A DNA stretch of 64,000 bases, from NCBI RefSeq assembly GCF_001194135.2, contig NC_068984.1, forward strand, positions 43,114,185 to 43,178,184. The letters run 5' to 3'. The notes under the pieces were generated by a model. The model had not been told where the DNA came from, ran no database searches, and saw only the letters and a list, made by a program, of their open reading frames with translations. Positions within the stretch are counted from its first letter, which is position 1. Every line of letters begins with the position of its first letter. A program made the translations under genes and the position numbers. The stretch comes from Octopus bimaculoides. Lineage: Eukaryota. Positions 1-11,430 of this stretch are shown here, in pieces.

Positions 1-144
1 TAAGGGACTTACCAAATTTATAGCTCTTCTTACTCTCTCATACTTATTTACAGCCTAGTAAATCAAATCTTTCAAGAGCTAAATTTCTTTGTTACAGACA
101 CAATACAAGCTAAAAGCACCCAATACATATGTAAGGTGATTATA

Positions 145-275
145 GAGTTAGGAAGGGTATCCGGGTGTAGAAATCATACTAAAGCTGACACTAGTGCCTT
201 GTAGCGAGATGTATCTTGTCAAACTGTCTAACCTATACCAGTGTGGAAAATGGATGTTAAATGAAGATGATGGCA
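145..275 (+). mobile_element. Degenerate RTE-like 3' tail with (GAT)n end
   Basis: aagggtatccgggtgtagaaa...gtcaaactgtctaacctataccagtgtggaaaatggatgttaaatgaagatgatg aligns by eye with the 24907 copy. Confidence 0.55.
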
Positions 276-510
276 GAATCTGAACCATTTAAATGATTCA
301 GATTCTGTCATCATCCCATCAAATATCTTATCCAATCAGCTGTCTTATCAATAACATTCATGAAAGAAAATATTTAAAGAATTAAGAAAACTATTTTTTA
401 AAATTTTGCTTAAGCTTTGATTTTTTTTCTCTATCTTGCTTAAGCTTCATCAATTTTTTTATTATCATTTAAATATAATTATTTTTCTCTTTTGTTATTT
501 TATTATGTAG

Positions 511-612
511 CTTTGTGATAGCAAGGAGGATGCTATTGATAGTGACCATGTTAATATGGAAATAGTTCATCCCACAACATCTGGTCAGTATTTTCACCTG
601 CTCCGCAGACAG
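511..612 (+). CDS. DHTKD1: DHTKD1 internal exon ([34 protein letters not shown])
   Basis: Acceptor ttatgtag|ctt, donor cag|gtaagt; 102 nt, phase 0-0. Confidence 0.93.
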
Positions 613-1054
613 GTAAGTTTATTAAGATTATGAGGTTATAGACATGTTTAACAGTGCCATATCATCAATAAGATATTTCTATAGATACTCACACTGGCTT
701 ATTAAAGCAACAGAATACCCTCTAGTGTGGCAAAATCTATTTTAGTCCAAAGTGGCGACAGTGATTCCACTTTGGTCTCATATCAGTTGTTTGTTTATTA
801 GGAAAGTTTGGTTATAATTTTAAGTGATATTCTGATAAATCAACAACTGACATTAAACTGAATATGACTGTAATCTGAGAAATCATTAGGTTTCATATCT
901 ATCCTGATTGTTATTATTGTTTTGGGTAATCCCAAATTTCTTTCAATTGATGTTTTGCCTATGGCCATCTAATTTTTACTGTAAGGTAGCTTGTTTCAAG
1001 ATTTAAGACTATATGCTTTTGTAACAGTTTCTTTGAAGGGAACAGGAATAGATG

Positions 1055-1175
1055 AAAAAATTCTATTGTCGATAATTGAAATCTTAAAACTAGTTGGTCA
1101 AACTTGTGAAAAAAAAATTCTATTGATAATTGAAATCTTAACTCTTATAGTCAGACATATAAAAAAAAAAATCTT
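1055..1175. repeat. Imperfect tandem duplication, about 55-bp unit
   Basis: aaaaaattctattg(tc)gataattgaaatctta occurs twice. Confidence 0.7.
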
Positions 1176-1779
1176 CGTTTACGTGTGTTGGATTAATTAA
1201 TATTTTGAAAAAGGCTGTATGATTCATAGAGAGTGACCTCCCTTGAACTTTCAGATTTCATTTTACTTTGTAAAAAAAAAAAAAAAGAAATATAGTAAGA
1301 AATTGACAGATTTCAGCCAATGGATCTATATACATAATATACATATTTCAAAACATTTATTTTATTTCTTATAAATTTTAAGCTCAGCGTTCAAGACTAT
1401 TATCATCACTTCTCTGTAGTGTTTTGATTGTTAAAGGCACAAAATTTATTGGATTTCTTTTTGTTAGTTAGCTGCAATTATCAATAAGGATGGTCAAATT
1501 CATTAATCCTGACGCTTTTCAGTGCTTTCCAAAACTTTAAACTTTTCTTCTATTTTTAGTAAAAAAAAACCTTAAAATCTGCTCATTTTGTTTCTTTACA
1601 TCACATGCAATTGATTTGACTAATTCTGTTATAAATTCCTCCTTTTGAAGCATACATAATGGTTTATGTTTATTAGCACTAGCATCATCATGTGCACCTC
1701 TGTTATCCATTGGATAACATTTGAAGGGCTAAAATCCAATTAAATATTAGAAATTAGCAAGACTTAATCACTGATATAA

Positions 1780-2243
1780 TAATATTCTGCTCAATACCAC
1801 AGATTTTCTTGTCAGTTGTTTGACCTTAACCCTGTTCAGCATGTCTCTTAGTGGCTAACGACATGTGCATCTCTGAGAACGAGCAGAAGTAGTTGGGGAG
1901 CATCATAGCCATGTGTTGAGAGGAATTCTTTGGAGTTTGAATAATTCACCTTTGGAAACATGGGTGTTTCCTTCAACATCCTTAAACAACTCTTATTCAG
2001 GAACCGTTTGCACGGGATGGGCTACTCAACCTGAAGAAAATTCTAACTGGACCCCACCTGCAAAGTCATGCACTTTTTACTTTGATATGAGATTTTCATG
2101 TCGCACACATATGGTTGTGATGCATGTGCCTGGTGTACCCTTATCAGATGGGTAGTCATGATGGGTATACTGGGCTTCATATATTGCACCCTAGTGTCAC
2201 TTTGATGGCATGCACTACTCTCTCACTCAATAATAATAATAAT
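1780..2243. mobile_element. GC-richer non-coding interspersed repeat abutting the (AAT)5 tract
   Basis: Sharp compositional contrast with the AT-rich flank; no ORF; resembles an Octopus repeat I recall (unverified). Confidence 0.5.
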
Positions 2244-3385
2244 GAAATTATTGTGTATAATGCTCAGGTGCACTACAGCTCATCAAAGGTGCATGTACAG
2301 TACATAGAATTATGTACACAAGTCAGGAAAGTGAACAATGTATGAGTCATGATATACATGTGTGCATGTATATGGAGGGGGGGTATCAGGTGTAGTATTG
2401 AGAAATTTCAGGAAGCATGGAGGTTTTAAAAGATGTGATGTTTCAACAACTAACAACTGATGCAGGTCGTTTGTTCCATGCTTCAGCAACTTTGAACATG
2501 AAAAAATGTTTCCGAAAGTCAGGTGAGCTGTGCTGTATTCTGATTTTGTAGGCGTACCCTTGTGTGTTAGACACATGGAGCTCAAAAAGGTGCTCAAAGG
2601 GTTGTTGGCATGACGGTTAATAATTTTGTGGGTGTTTACCAAGTCAGTTGCCAGGTGTCTGAGCTTCAATGTATCTATGCCCAGGGAAGCAAAGCATTCA
2701 GAGTATGCCTGACAGAGGGTATTGGCTTGGTTGCACATCTCTGAACAGTTTCCAGAAGGTCAATGTCCTGAGCAAGATAGGGATTCCAGACTGGTGATGC
2801 AAATTTCAAGTGTGGCCACGCCATAGCCATATACAGCCTTAAATACATAGCTGGAGAACGGCTGACAAAGGTCTTGCTGAGTCATGCCAAGACACCCTCA
2901 TCCTTCTTGACAGTTTTAGAGAAGTGCTTTGTCCAGTGCAAATCCCTGCTGACAGTAATGCCCAGGTCACATTCACAAGAAGGTTTCTTGATATTAGTAT
3001 TGTGGAGAGAGTATGTGGATGCTGGGTTTTTCCTCCCAAAATGCATGGTGGTACGCATGTCCACAGCCAGCTTGAGTTGCCAGTCCACAATCAATTGTTG
3101 TATTGTGTCCAGTTCCAATTGCAGGAAAGATCTATAGAGTTCAGGATCTGTCCTTTTTATCTCAAAGTACAGCTTAATGTCATCTGCATATTTCAGTGTT
3201 GTGGCATTCTTTAAGTTGGCATCTCTGTCATTAAAGTATGCAACAAACAAAAGAGGACCAAGAGCAGATCCCTGCGGTACACCAGATGACATTGTATAGG
3301 GTGAAGAATGCTGTCCTTTGTAAACAAAGTTTGGTGGTTTAACATTGCTAACACCATACTCTCTCCTGTTCTCCCTCACAGTTAT
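2229..3385 (-). mobile_element. 5'-truncated CR1-clade LINE (RT C-terminal half, 3' UTR, (ATT)n tail)
   Basis: GVPQGSALGPLLF, KYADD, LQLELD, DLGITVSRDLHW, ASPVWNPY..DIDLLETVQR, LKLR..DL..THKII; one stop at 2882-2884 and frameshifts; (ATT)5 tail at 2229-2243. Confidence 0.9.
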
Positions 3386-4025
3386 GGAGGTTTTTTAGTC
3401 TTGTGAGTTATGAAGTAATATTTCTAGTGTTGATGCCATAAAAAAAGCACCCATTTCACTCTGTAAAGTGTTTGGCATACAGTGGGCATATGAGTATAGA
3501 AATTGCTAAATTTGAAATATTGTAGCAAGATGTGATCATCCAATCTGTTAGATCCTGTTTAACTATTTAACCCATACCAGCAAGGATAATGATAATAACA
3601 ATTGATAATGATTGATTAATTGATTGATTTTTCACTTCAAGTAATTCTAAATTTTGCTTTGTTTCTAAATATGTTTTAAGGGGCAGCCTATGTAACATAT
3701 CAGTATTATATAGTTGACATGAGTTAACTATTAGACCATATTTTACTATTCATTCTATTGACAATTGTGGTTTGGAGGTTTTTTTATTGGAAATAAAAGT
3801 CAAATTTCTGGAAATGTTGCATATTTTAATGTTGACAGAATGAAACTAAAATAAGTTTATAAACAAGTTTCACAGTTAGCTGTAGCACACACTACACAAT
3901 GATTGGTCATTCTTAGAATTTCATTGCGGTTTATGGAGCCTAGTCTCTCCATAAAATCTATCTTCTGTTTTTCAGTCTTGCATTTCTAATATATTTTTCA
4001 AGTAAATTAACATATTTCATTGCAG

Positions 4026-4271
4026 ATGGTGAGAAATTACCGCAAACCCTTGATAGTTGCAGCACCAAAAACTTTGCTGAGACTTTCTAGTGCAGCGTCT
4101 TCTTTACTTGATATGGCACCTGGAACTTGCTACCAGCCTGTCCTAGGAGACAACAAAGTTAACCCAGAGTCTGTTACTAGATTAGTGTTTTGTTCTGGCA
4201 AACATTTCTATGCATTAAACAAACAAAGAGATGCTTCAAACAGTCACAATGTAGCCATTATTAGACTTGAA
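4026..4271 (+). CDS. DHTKD1: DHTKD1 internal exon ([15 protein letters not shown]...VAIIRLE)
   Basis: Acceptor ttgcag|atg, donor gaa|gtaagt; 246 nt, phase 0-0; ORF track 4020-4301. Confidence 0.95.
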
Positions 4272-4322
4272 GTAAGTAAGAGTTTATTTCTTCTTTTCTG
4301 AACTTTTATATTCTGAATATTT

Positions 4323-4481
4323 AGGTACAGACTTGGCTATGTGGTAAAAAGTTTGCTTCTCGGTTACATGGTCTCAGGTTCTCTCCCACTACATGGCACC
4401 TTGGGCAAGTATCTTCTACTATAGCCTGAAGTTGACCAAAGCCTTGTGAATGGATTTGGTTGACAGAAACTGAAAGAAGCC

Positions 4482-4523
<42 letters not shown>

Positions 4524-4690
4524 CTTCATTTCTTGTGATGGCTGTAAATGAGTGTCACTGTCATACAAGCAGTGTTCTTCACTTCCAATCTTCCATGAAA
4601 ACATATCTAATGATGGGGGATATATAAACTTACTTAGAAACAGGTGAGGGTTGGTGACAGGAAGGGTATCCAACTACAGAAAATCTGCCT
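4323..4690 (+). mobile_element. tRNA-headed SINE family 1 with internal (TG)n
   Basis: ggctatgtggtaaaaagtttgct...ggttctctcccact...ggcaccttgggcaag head recurs at 5622, 8742, 9400, 19130, 43215, 52655, 59947. Confidence 0.8.
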
Positions 4691-4926
4691 CATTGAATTT
4701 CATCTGACCCATGCAAACATGAAAATGATGATTACGATAACAATCTGTAGAAATAAAACCCACAACAATACATTCAATAACAGGAGACCTTCTGAAGAAT
4801 TTTATAGTTATTTGGGGAACAAAATACACTCTTAATTCCATGCTCATGGAAGAATTAGTATTCATTTAATATTTACTGGAGAATTAGTACTACCAGTTAC
4901 AGTCATGACTACAAACTATTTAAAAA

Positions 4927-5050
4927 TGGAATAAATTGGTTTATCATGAAAAAGAGGAAAAGTTTAATGTTCCAAGCAGGATCTTCTGATGAAGTATCTT
5001 AGCTGAAACATTTGATTTTCCTCTTCCACTCAGCAAACCAATTTATTCCA
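4927..5050 (+). other. Long inverted repeat with a degenerate hammerhead-ribozyme core (probably Penelope-like element relic)
   Basis: Stems 4927-4942/5035-5050 (16 bp perfect), 4952-4961/5016-5025 (10 bp perfect), 4966-4971/5007-5012; CTGATGA 4986-4992, GAAAC 5005-5009. Confidence 0.55.
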
Positions 5051-6374
5051 CTTTTGACGTATGTGTATTTACCATTTATTAATGTAGATCATCACTAATT
5101 TCTCCTGCTGTTTACTTTAGAGTCAGGATTAGCTAAGTTGACAGAGTGACAGTTTGTAGTCTATCACTAGCTTTTTGCTCTATCTCTTACAAGAACATTT
5201 AAATATTAATTGTCCTAGATGTATGTAGGAAGCACGAGGTAATTTAATGTCAACAGTGTGACACTGGATAATTGCCAATTGTTTTGTTAGCCAACAGTGC
5301 TAACTATTGTAGTGTATTTTTACTCCTCTTGGCAAACAAATAAATTATGGGATATTACATGTATATTACATACTCTGCACTTTAATAAAACTTTTCTAGC
5401 TACTCTTGGCTGTTCTAAAACTTTTGTGAGTTTCCTGAGCTGCACTAATTCTGACCAGATTGTCCTTATAGCATGTTGTATGAGTTTCACAAAATGTGGT
5501 CCATTGTCTATGGAGATCTTTCAGTATCATCATTGTACACTGTAGCACCCTCAGCTACAGTTTGTTACCATATATCCATCTGGGAGAAATAACTGATACT
5601 TCCAAACACATACATGTAAGCATGGTTGTGTGGTTTAGAAGCTCACTTGGCAAACACATGGTTCTGGGTTCAGTCCATTGCACAACACCTTGGGTAGATG
5701 TCTTTACTATAGCAGATTAAGGTTGACTCAAGTCTTTTGACTGAGAATCTTTGTGGAAGCCTTTCAGATGAATTGTACTTTTAATTCAAAGTTCCATCTT
5801 TTTTCATATATTATGTTAGGCCAATCTTGCCTTGAGAATTACATTATGGGTACACACATCTGTGAGATAATCAGCCACTTAGATATTAATTTAAAGTGGG
5901 CACTAGCAACCTTTCTCAAGAAATGGGCCATATGAGACAAGGCTCATCATGTGACCAACACTACTGAAAAGACTCAGGGTAATTTTTCATAGGCATGCCA
6001 TTTAGACAATGTGGTTCTGTCTGTTAGCAAAGGCACTACTGGGATAAAAGTGAAGCAACTTCACTAAGATTAAATTTTCTTTGTAAGGGAGTTAATTCCT
6101 TGATGTTCTGACATTTTTAAAGTCAGTTGATGGAAACCGATCTAAGAGAAATGCTCATCTAGGTAAAAAATGAGTCAGTTCTGTTGATTGATATCTCCAC
6201 AAGAAGTTATGACAGAGCAGAGTCAGCTGAATGCATTTAGAAAGGATCTGCATATGCAAGGAGTTTGACTAAAACAACTATCACCTCCAACATAGCAATA
6301 GCTGAATTCCTAAATATTATACTAGACCTTATGACAAATAAGCTTCCCCTTTAAAGGAAACCAAATGAGGAGAC

Positions 6375-6832
6375 AGTGTACCAAGGTCAACTTTGCCTTT
6401 CATCCAATCAGGCTTCTTTAAGTAAGTACCAGTGCAGTACTGGGGCCGATTTAATCAACTATCCCCACTCACCAAAATTTCAGGCCTTGTGCCAATTGTA
6501 GAAAGGATTATTATTATTACTACTACTACTACTACTACTATTGTTGTTGTTGTTGCTGTTGCTGTTGCTGTTGTTGTTGTTATTGAAAAAAAAAAAGAAG
6601 TTAGTCACTGCAGCAAACTGGCAGATTCATTAGCATGCCGAACAAAATGCTTAGTGGCATTTCATCCATCTATACATTCTGAGTACAAATTCCACCAAGA
6701 TTGGCCTTGTCTTCCATCGTTTTGGGAGTCAATAAAATAAGTACTAATTATGCACTGAGGTTAATGTAATCAACTTACCTCCTCGCACCAAAATTTTCGG
6801 GCTTTTTGCTGAAAGTAGGAAGGATTATTAAG
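6375..6832 (+). mobile_element. Tandem MetaSINE-like copies (6375-6505 partial; 6608-6832) separated by a compound microsatellite
   Basis: gagttcaaattcc B-box-like motif; gactttgcctttcatcc...aagtaccag central domain; gccttgtgcc tail. Confidence 0.75.
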
Positions 6833-7095
6833 TTAATCAGTGGTGGAGACTGTGAATGTGATCTTTGCATCTCCCCTTGACTTGGGAGATTTTGATGCAG
6901 GTAATGCTCATCATAAACACCTGCCCATAAACAAATGTTTTTATGGAAAGCATTGCTGAGAGGTAATAGGGTTCTAGTTTGGATGTTTGCAGCAAAGTGT
7001 AAACTCCACTTAGAGCATCCAATTGAAGGACTGGGTACTGGTATTAAAATTCTTTGTTTATGCTTTATCCTTCTTTTTATTATATTTTATTCCAG

Positions 7096-7159
7096 AGCCT
7101 TTGTCCATTCCCTGTTGCAGACTTATTAAAGGAAATTAAGAAATATCCCAAAGCAAAAG
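7096..7159 (+). CDS. DHTKD1: DHTKD1 internal exon (SLCPFPVADLLKEIKKYPKAK)
   Basis: Acceptor ttccag|agc, donor aaag|gtataa; 64 nt, phase 0-1; conserved LCPFP motif. Confidence 0.92.
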
Positions 7160-7254
7160 GTATAACATTGCTTTCTTTCATTTTCTTTCATAATTTTGGT
7201 TTTGTAATTGAATAGAATACTAACAAAAGTGGCAACTACATCTTTTTTTCTTTT

Positions 7255-7370
7255 GGTTGATATAAATTACTTCTAAGTTGATTCAGATCATCTTCAAGTT
7301 GATATAAATTGCCATCAAGTTGATATAACACATCCCCAAGTTTATATAAAATACCACCAAATTGATTATC
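7255..7370. repeat. Degenerate minisatellite, about 21-bp unit (AAGTTGATATAAATTRCCATC), 5-6 copies
   Basis: gttgatataa-like motif recurs at about 21-nt spacing. Confidence 0.65.
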
Positions 7371-7916
7371 AATTGTTTCTGTTACAATGTGATGTGGAAA
7401 ATCAAACTGGAAAAAATGACCAGATGGATTCTTGAAATGTGCTGACCTACAAAGAAAGGTGTTCTAGCCTTGACCATCCCATTTTCCCCAGATACCTTGT
7501 ATCCAAGACTACATTACACAATACACAATAAAAATAACAAGATGAGATTTGACTACCATTTTTAGCAGGCCAAGGCTCTCTCAATGGCTCAAATGAAGCC
7601 CAGTAAATGGTAAGGTCAATTTAATCTACTCTGTCTTCCTCGGAACTTACTCTAAAAAAAATATCATTATCGTTTCTGTCCCATCAAGACTGTGCGAGAT
7701 TAAATGTATTGCATAATACAGTAATTCTCAGTCTTTTTGACTTTTTGGTGCACTAAAAGTCAAACAAAAGATTGCTGGTAAAATCTTTTGCAAGGAACTT
7801 CATCAAAAGTCTGTTTTAAAGTTAAATAATTAGAAAATGTATAGAAATCTGTTGCATATATTATTTTATTAATTGTATTTGTTTATAACAAAATTGTGAA
7901 TAACACTCAGATAGGA

Positions 7917-8235
7917 TTAACCTTTTAGCATTTAATGCAGCAATGCCGGCCCATGTAGTGTCGAAAGGGATTATCAATGGAATTCCAACCAACCATAGGT
8001 TGGTTGAAGGATGATGAGCATTTAATCCTGCCATATATGGCCCAAATATTCTACTTGTTTTATGTTAAAACTAACTAAATCCAACCTCTCAAACCTACTC
8101 TACAATGTCATTCTAAAACTAAAACCATCACATCATTGAAATCTTGAAACTATGAAATAATGCATGATTAATTCAAAACAATGTGAACAAATAAGCATTA
8201 CTTTTGACAAAGAAAGATGAATGCTAAAGGCTTAA
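7917..8235 (+). mobile_element. piggyBac-like TTAA MITE family A, carrying an 80-bp insertion
   Basis: TTAA-CCTTTTAGCATTTAA ... TGAATGCTAAAGGC-TTAA; body shared with 14710, 21082, 38454, 53081. Confidence 0.8.
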
Positions 8236-8364
8236 AGATTACCTAAAGCTTTAAATTGTACTTTTAAGAAACCATGATATCCTTGTAGATATCCTACCAA
8301 TGTGTTGCAGCTGTATTTGAGAACTTGCAACTCTTGGTTTTTAAACTGAGTGTGGTAATACTCC

Positions 8365-8568
8365 TATCCATTTTACTCTTTTACTTTTATTTGTTTCAAT
8401 CATTTGATTGCAGCCATGCTGGAGCACCACCTTTAGTCGAACAAATTGATCCCAGGACTTATTCAACCGGTCTCTTTTGCCGAACTGCTAAGTTACGAGA
8501 ATGTAAACACACCAGCATCGGTTGTCAAGCGATGGTGGGCAGGGACTAACACAGACACAGAAACACAC

Positions 8569-8599
<31 letters not shown>

Positions 8600-8742
8600 T
8601 ATGATGGACTTCTTTCAGTTTCCATCTACCAAGTTCAGCCCAAGGCTATAGTAGAAGGCACTTGCCTAAGGTGCCATGCAGCAGGACTGAACCCGGAACC
8701 ATGTGGTTGGTAAGCAAGCTACTTACCACACAGCTGCTGTGC
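8365..8742 (-). mobile_element. SINE family 1, full length, internal (TA)n
   Basis: ggactgaacccggaaccatgtggttgg...cttaccacacagc head; ttttactcttttac tail. Confidence 0.85.
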
Positions 8743-8942
8743 ATGTAGAATTCATGTTAGATTCTTTTTTAGGTCATTTATATTTATCTTTCAATAAAGG
8801 CAGCTATGACTGACTTGATATAAATGCTAAGATTACTTATTAATAGCGTCACATACATTCCTTCAGGATTGATGTTTATCTTCACATTTCAAGCATATTA
8901 AGAATACACTTGCTTTAGTTTTTTTTGTTTTCTACTTTGCAG

Positions 8943-9028
8943 AGTTTATTTGGAGTCAAGAAGAACATCGAAATATGGGACCTTGGAGTTTTGTAGCACC
9001 AAGATTTCAGAATCTTTTAGCCTGTAAA
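8943..9028 (+). CDS. DHTKD1: DHTKD1 internal exon ([29 protein letters not shown])
   Basis: Acceptor ttgcag|ag, donor aaa|gtaagt; 86 nt, phase 1-0. Confidence 0.95.
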
Positions 9029-9057
9029 GTAAGTTATCTTCAAATACCTGTAATATC

Positions 9058-9400
9058 ATCATCTTAACATCCACTTTTCCCTGCTTACAGGAGTTGGACA
9101 GAATTTGTTGAGGCAGATTTTCTCCAGCCAGCTACCTTTCCTATTCTTGACTCTCACCTGTTTCCAAGTAAGGTAATATTCACCCATGACCAGACATGTT
9201 GTCATGGAAGATTGGATACTGTTTGCACGACATTGACACTTGTTTATATTGTCATGCAATGTCAAGGCAAGGATACAGTAATAAACACACATGTATATGA
9301 TGGGCTTCTTTCAGTTTCCATCTACCAAATCCACTGACAAGACTGGTCAGCCTCAGCTTATGCTAGAAGGCAAACTCTGAAATCAAACCCAGAACCCAAT
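9058..9400 (-). mobile_element. SINE family 1 copy starting about 30 nt after DHTKD1 exon 8943-9028
   Basis: gggcttctttcagtttccatctaccaaatccac core shared with the 8365 and 59582 copies. Confidence 0.7.
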
Positions 9401-11274
9401 GGTTATCCTTTAAAGACACATAACTGAGTTTATCCTATTTAAGATTTGAAAATAGATTGCTATTTGTTTCAATTTATCTTTCAAATTGTTGTTGTTGCTT
9501 AGTTGCATAGCAACCCATGATCAAACCATCTATTTATATATCAAACTATGTTATTTAATGTGTCCTTCTGTAAAAAATATGATTTAAAGAAATTTGGCTG
9601 CTATTTCTAGCAGGTTAAGCTACCCATACAAACTTCCTTGTTAGCTTGGCTAACAAACTGTTTTTGCTCCTTTGGATGTTTTCTCCCTTAACACAGTCAG
9701 TACTACCGTTACTTTTTTGGTGTTTGACACTTGTACATTCAGACAATATTACATAACCAAGAAAGGTAGTCACAGAGTTGTAGTTGTTACTTAGGCCAAG
9801 CCAAACCTTGGCCCTGCGTGTCAGCCATCACTATCCAGTCCTTTTGTATTTTCAAGTCTATATTGCCAAATGTATCTTCTTTTTTGCGTTTAATAATAAG
9901 ATAGTATTATTTGAGGAAAATTTGGCTGCTACTTCTCACAGATTAAGCAGCTGTGGAGAAGCTCTCTTGGATTGTTGTTGTTGCATTTTTAGGAAGCTCT
10001 TCATCTGAGAGAATAAAGCAATAAATAAGGTCTGTATTTTCTACCTATGCTAGTGTTGAAGTCAGCAAAAAGAATGACGTCAACAGCAGTTTAATGGAGT
10101 TTTTTTTTAATGAGAGAAATCAGTCAAAGTTGGAATGTGATATTGGAATGCTTGCTCATTTCTGAAAGGCATTAGCAGACTAATGGAAATAAAAAGGCTT
10201 CAGACAAACTTAAAACTAGATTAGTCAATTACATTGACCCGAATACATGACTAATATTTTATCAACTCAGTGGGGATGAAAGGCAATGTTGGCCCTAGCA
10301 GGATTTGAACTCAGAATGTAAAGAGCTGGAACAAATACCACAAAGCATTTTTTCTGATGCTGTAATAATTCTTCCACCCCAGAAGAACCCTCAACTTGTT
10401 ATGGCACTGACCAGAAGTAACCAAACTGCACATCAGAACGGACGCTTGCATGTCCCTAACCATCCAAAGGCTCAATGTCACTTTGGAGGATACAGAGAGG
10501 TGGCATGGGACTGCCATCAAAGGGGGCTTACTGGTGGACCCGGTCGGCCCTACATACAATAATGCTTCTGGGACCGCTAACCTGGGATGATCCCAGTCCC
10601 ATAGAGCAGGAGTGCAGAACAGAGAGGGGCAACTCCACCAACCTAGTAGCATGTAACAAACCCAATTTATAAGGGGAGAGTGTTTTCTCAACCCTGAAAG
10701 GATGAATAACAAAGCTGACCTGAGTATGATTTGAACACAGGACATAAATAGCAGGAACTAAATATCATGAGATGTGTTGTCCAAGACTAATGATTTGACC
10801 AATCTACCACTCTATAAAAAAACAAACAAAAAAAAAAATCTAAAATTACAAAACAGGAAAAGTTTAATTTTAGGCACTTCCTGTTTACTGAGCAAAATTA
10901 TTCTGAAGTTTTGCTTTTAGAATCAAACTACAAATGTGTATCATTTATTACTCTTTATTAATAACTGCTCCTACTTAAGAGGAACTTCCTTCTGTAATTA
11001 CTATGCAAAGACACAAGGTGGTCTGCAATTATGGGGAATTCTATTCTGATTTGCTCTTCATAACACAACACACTAGAATTGTTTCCAGTTCTTAATTTTG
11101 AATGAAATTGCATTGTTACTGATGATAATATAAGGCCACAGAAGAGGAAGGAAAACTACACTTTATTTTTTTTTCTTTCAATACTCACTATAAGAGATGT
11201 GATCTTTACTTTAAGCATTTGTCTAAGTAATCATTATTATGAAGCTGTTGGATACTAGTTTTCAAATGCTATCA

Positions 11275-11430
11275 TCATCATCATCGTTTAACGTCTGCTT
11301 TCCATGCTAGCATGGGTTGGACAATTTGACCGAGGACTGGTGGACCAGGAGGCGACACCAGGCTCCAATCTGATTTGGCAGTGTTTCTACAGCTGGATGC
11401 CCTTCCTAACGCCAACCACTCCGAGAGTGT
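11275..11430 (-). mobile_element. RTE-like 3' tail/SINE copy
   Basis: catcatcatcgtttaacgtctgctttccatgctagcatgggttgg...cagctggatgcccttcctaacgccaacc; reverse complement of the 24907 copy. Confidence 0.85.

Noticed and set aside
1701-1719. Palindrome TGTTATCCA-T-TGGATAACA (also hairpins 9794-9813 and 10852-10887)
   Set aside because: Isolated short stems are expected by chance in 64 kb; no supporting context.
8961-8975. EEH (OGDH-like) instead of EEP; gene could be OGDH
   Set aside because: The surrounding sequence ([12 protein letters not shown], short DSD.VNM segment, AVGI tail) is DHTKD1-like.
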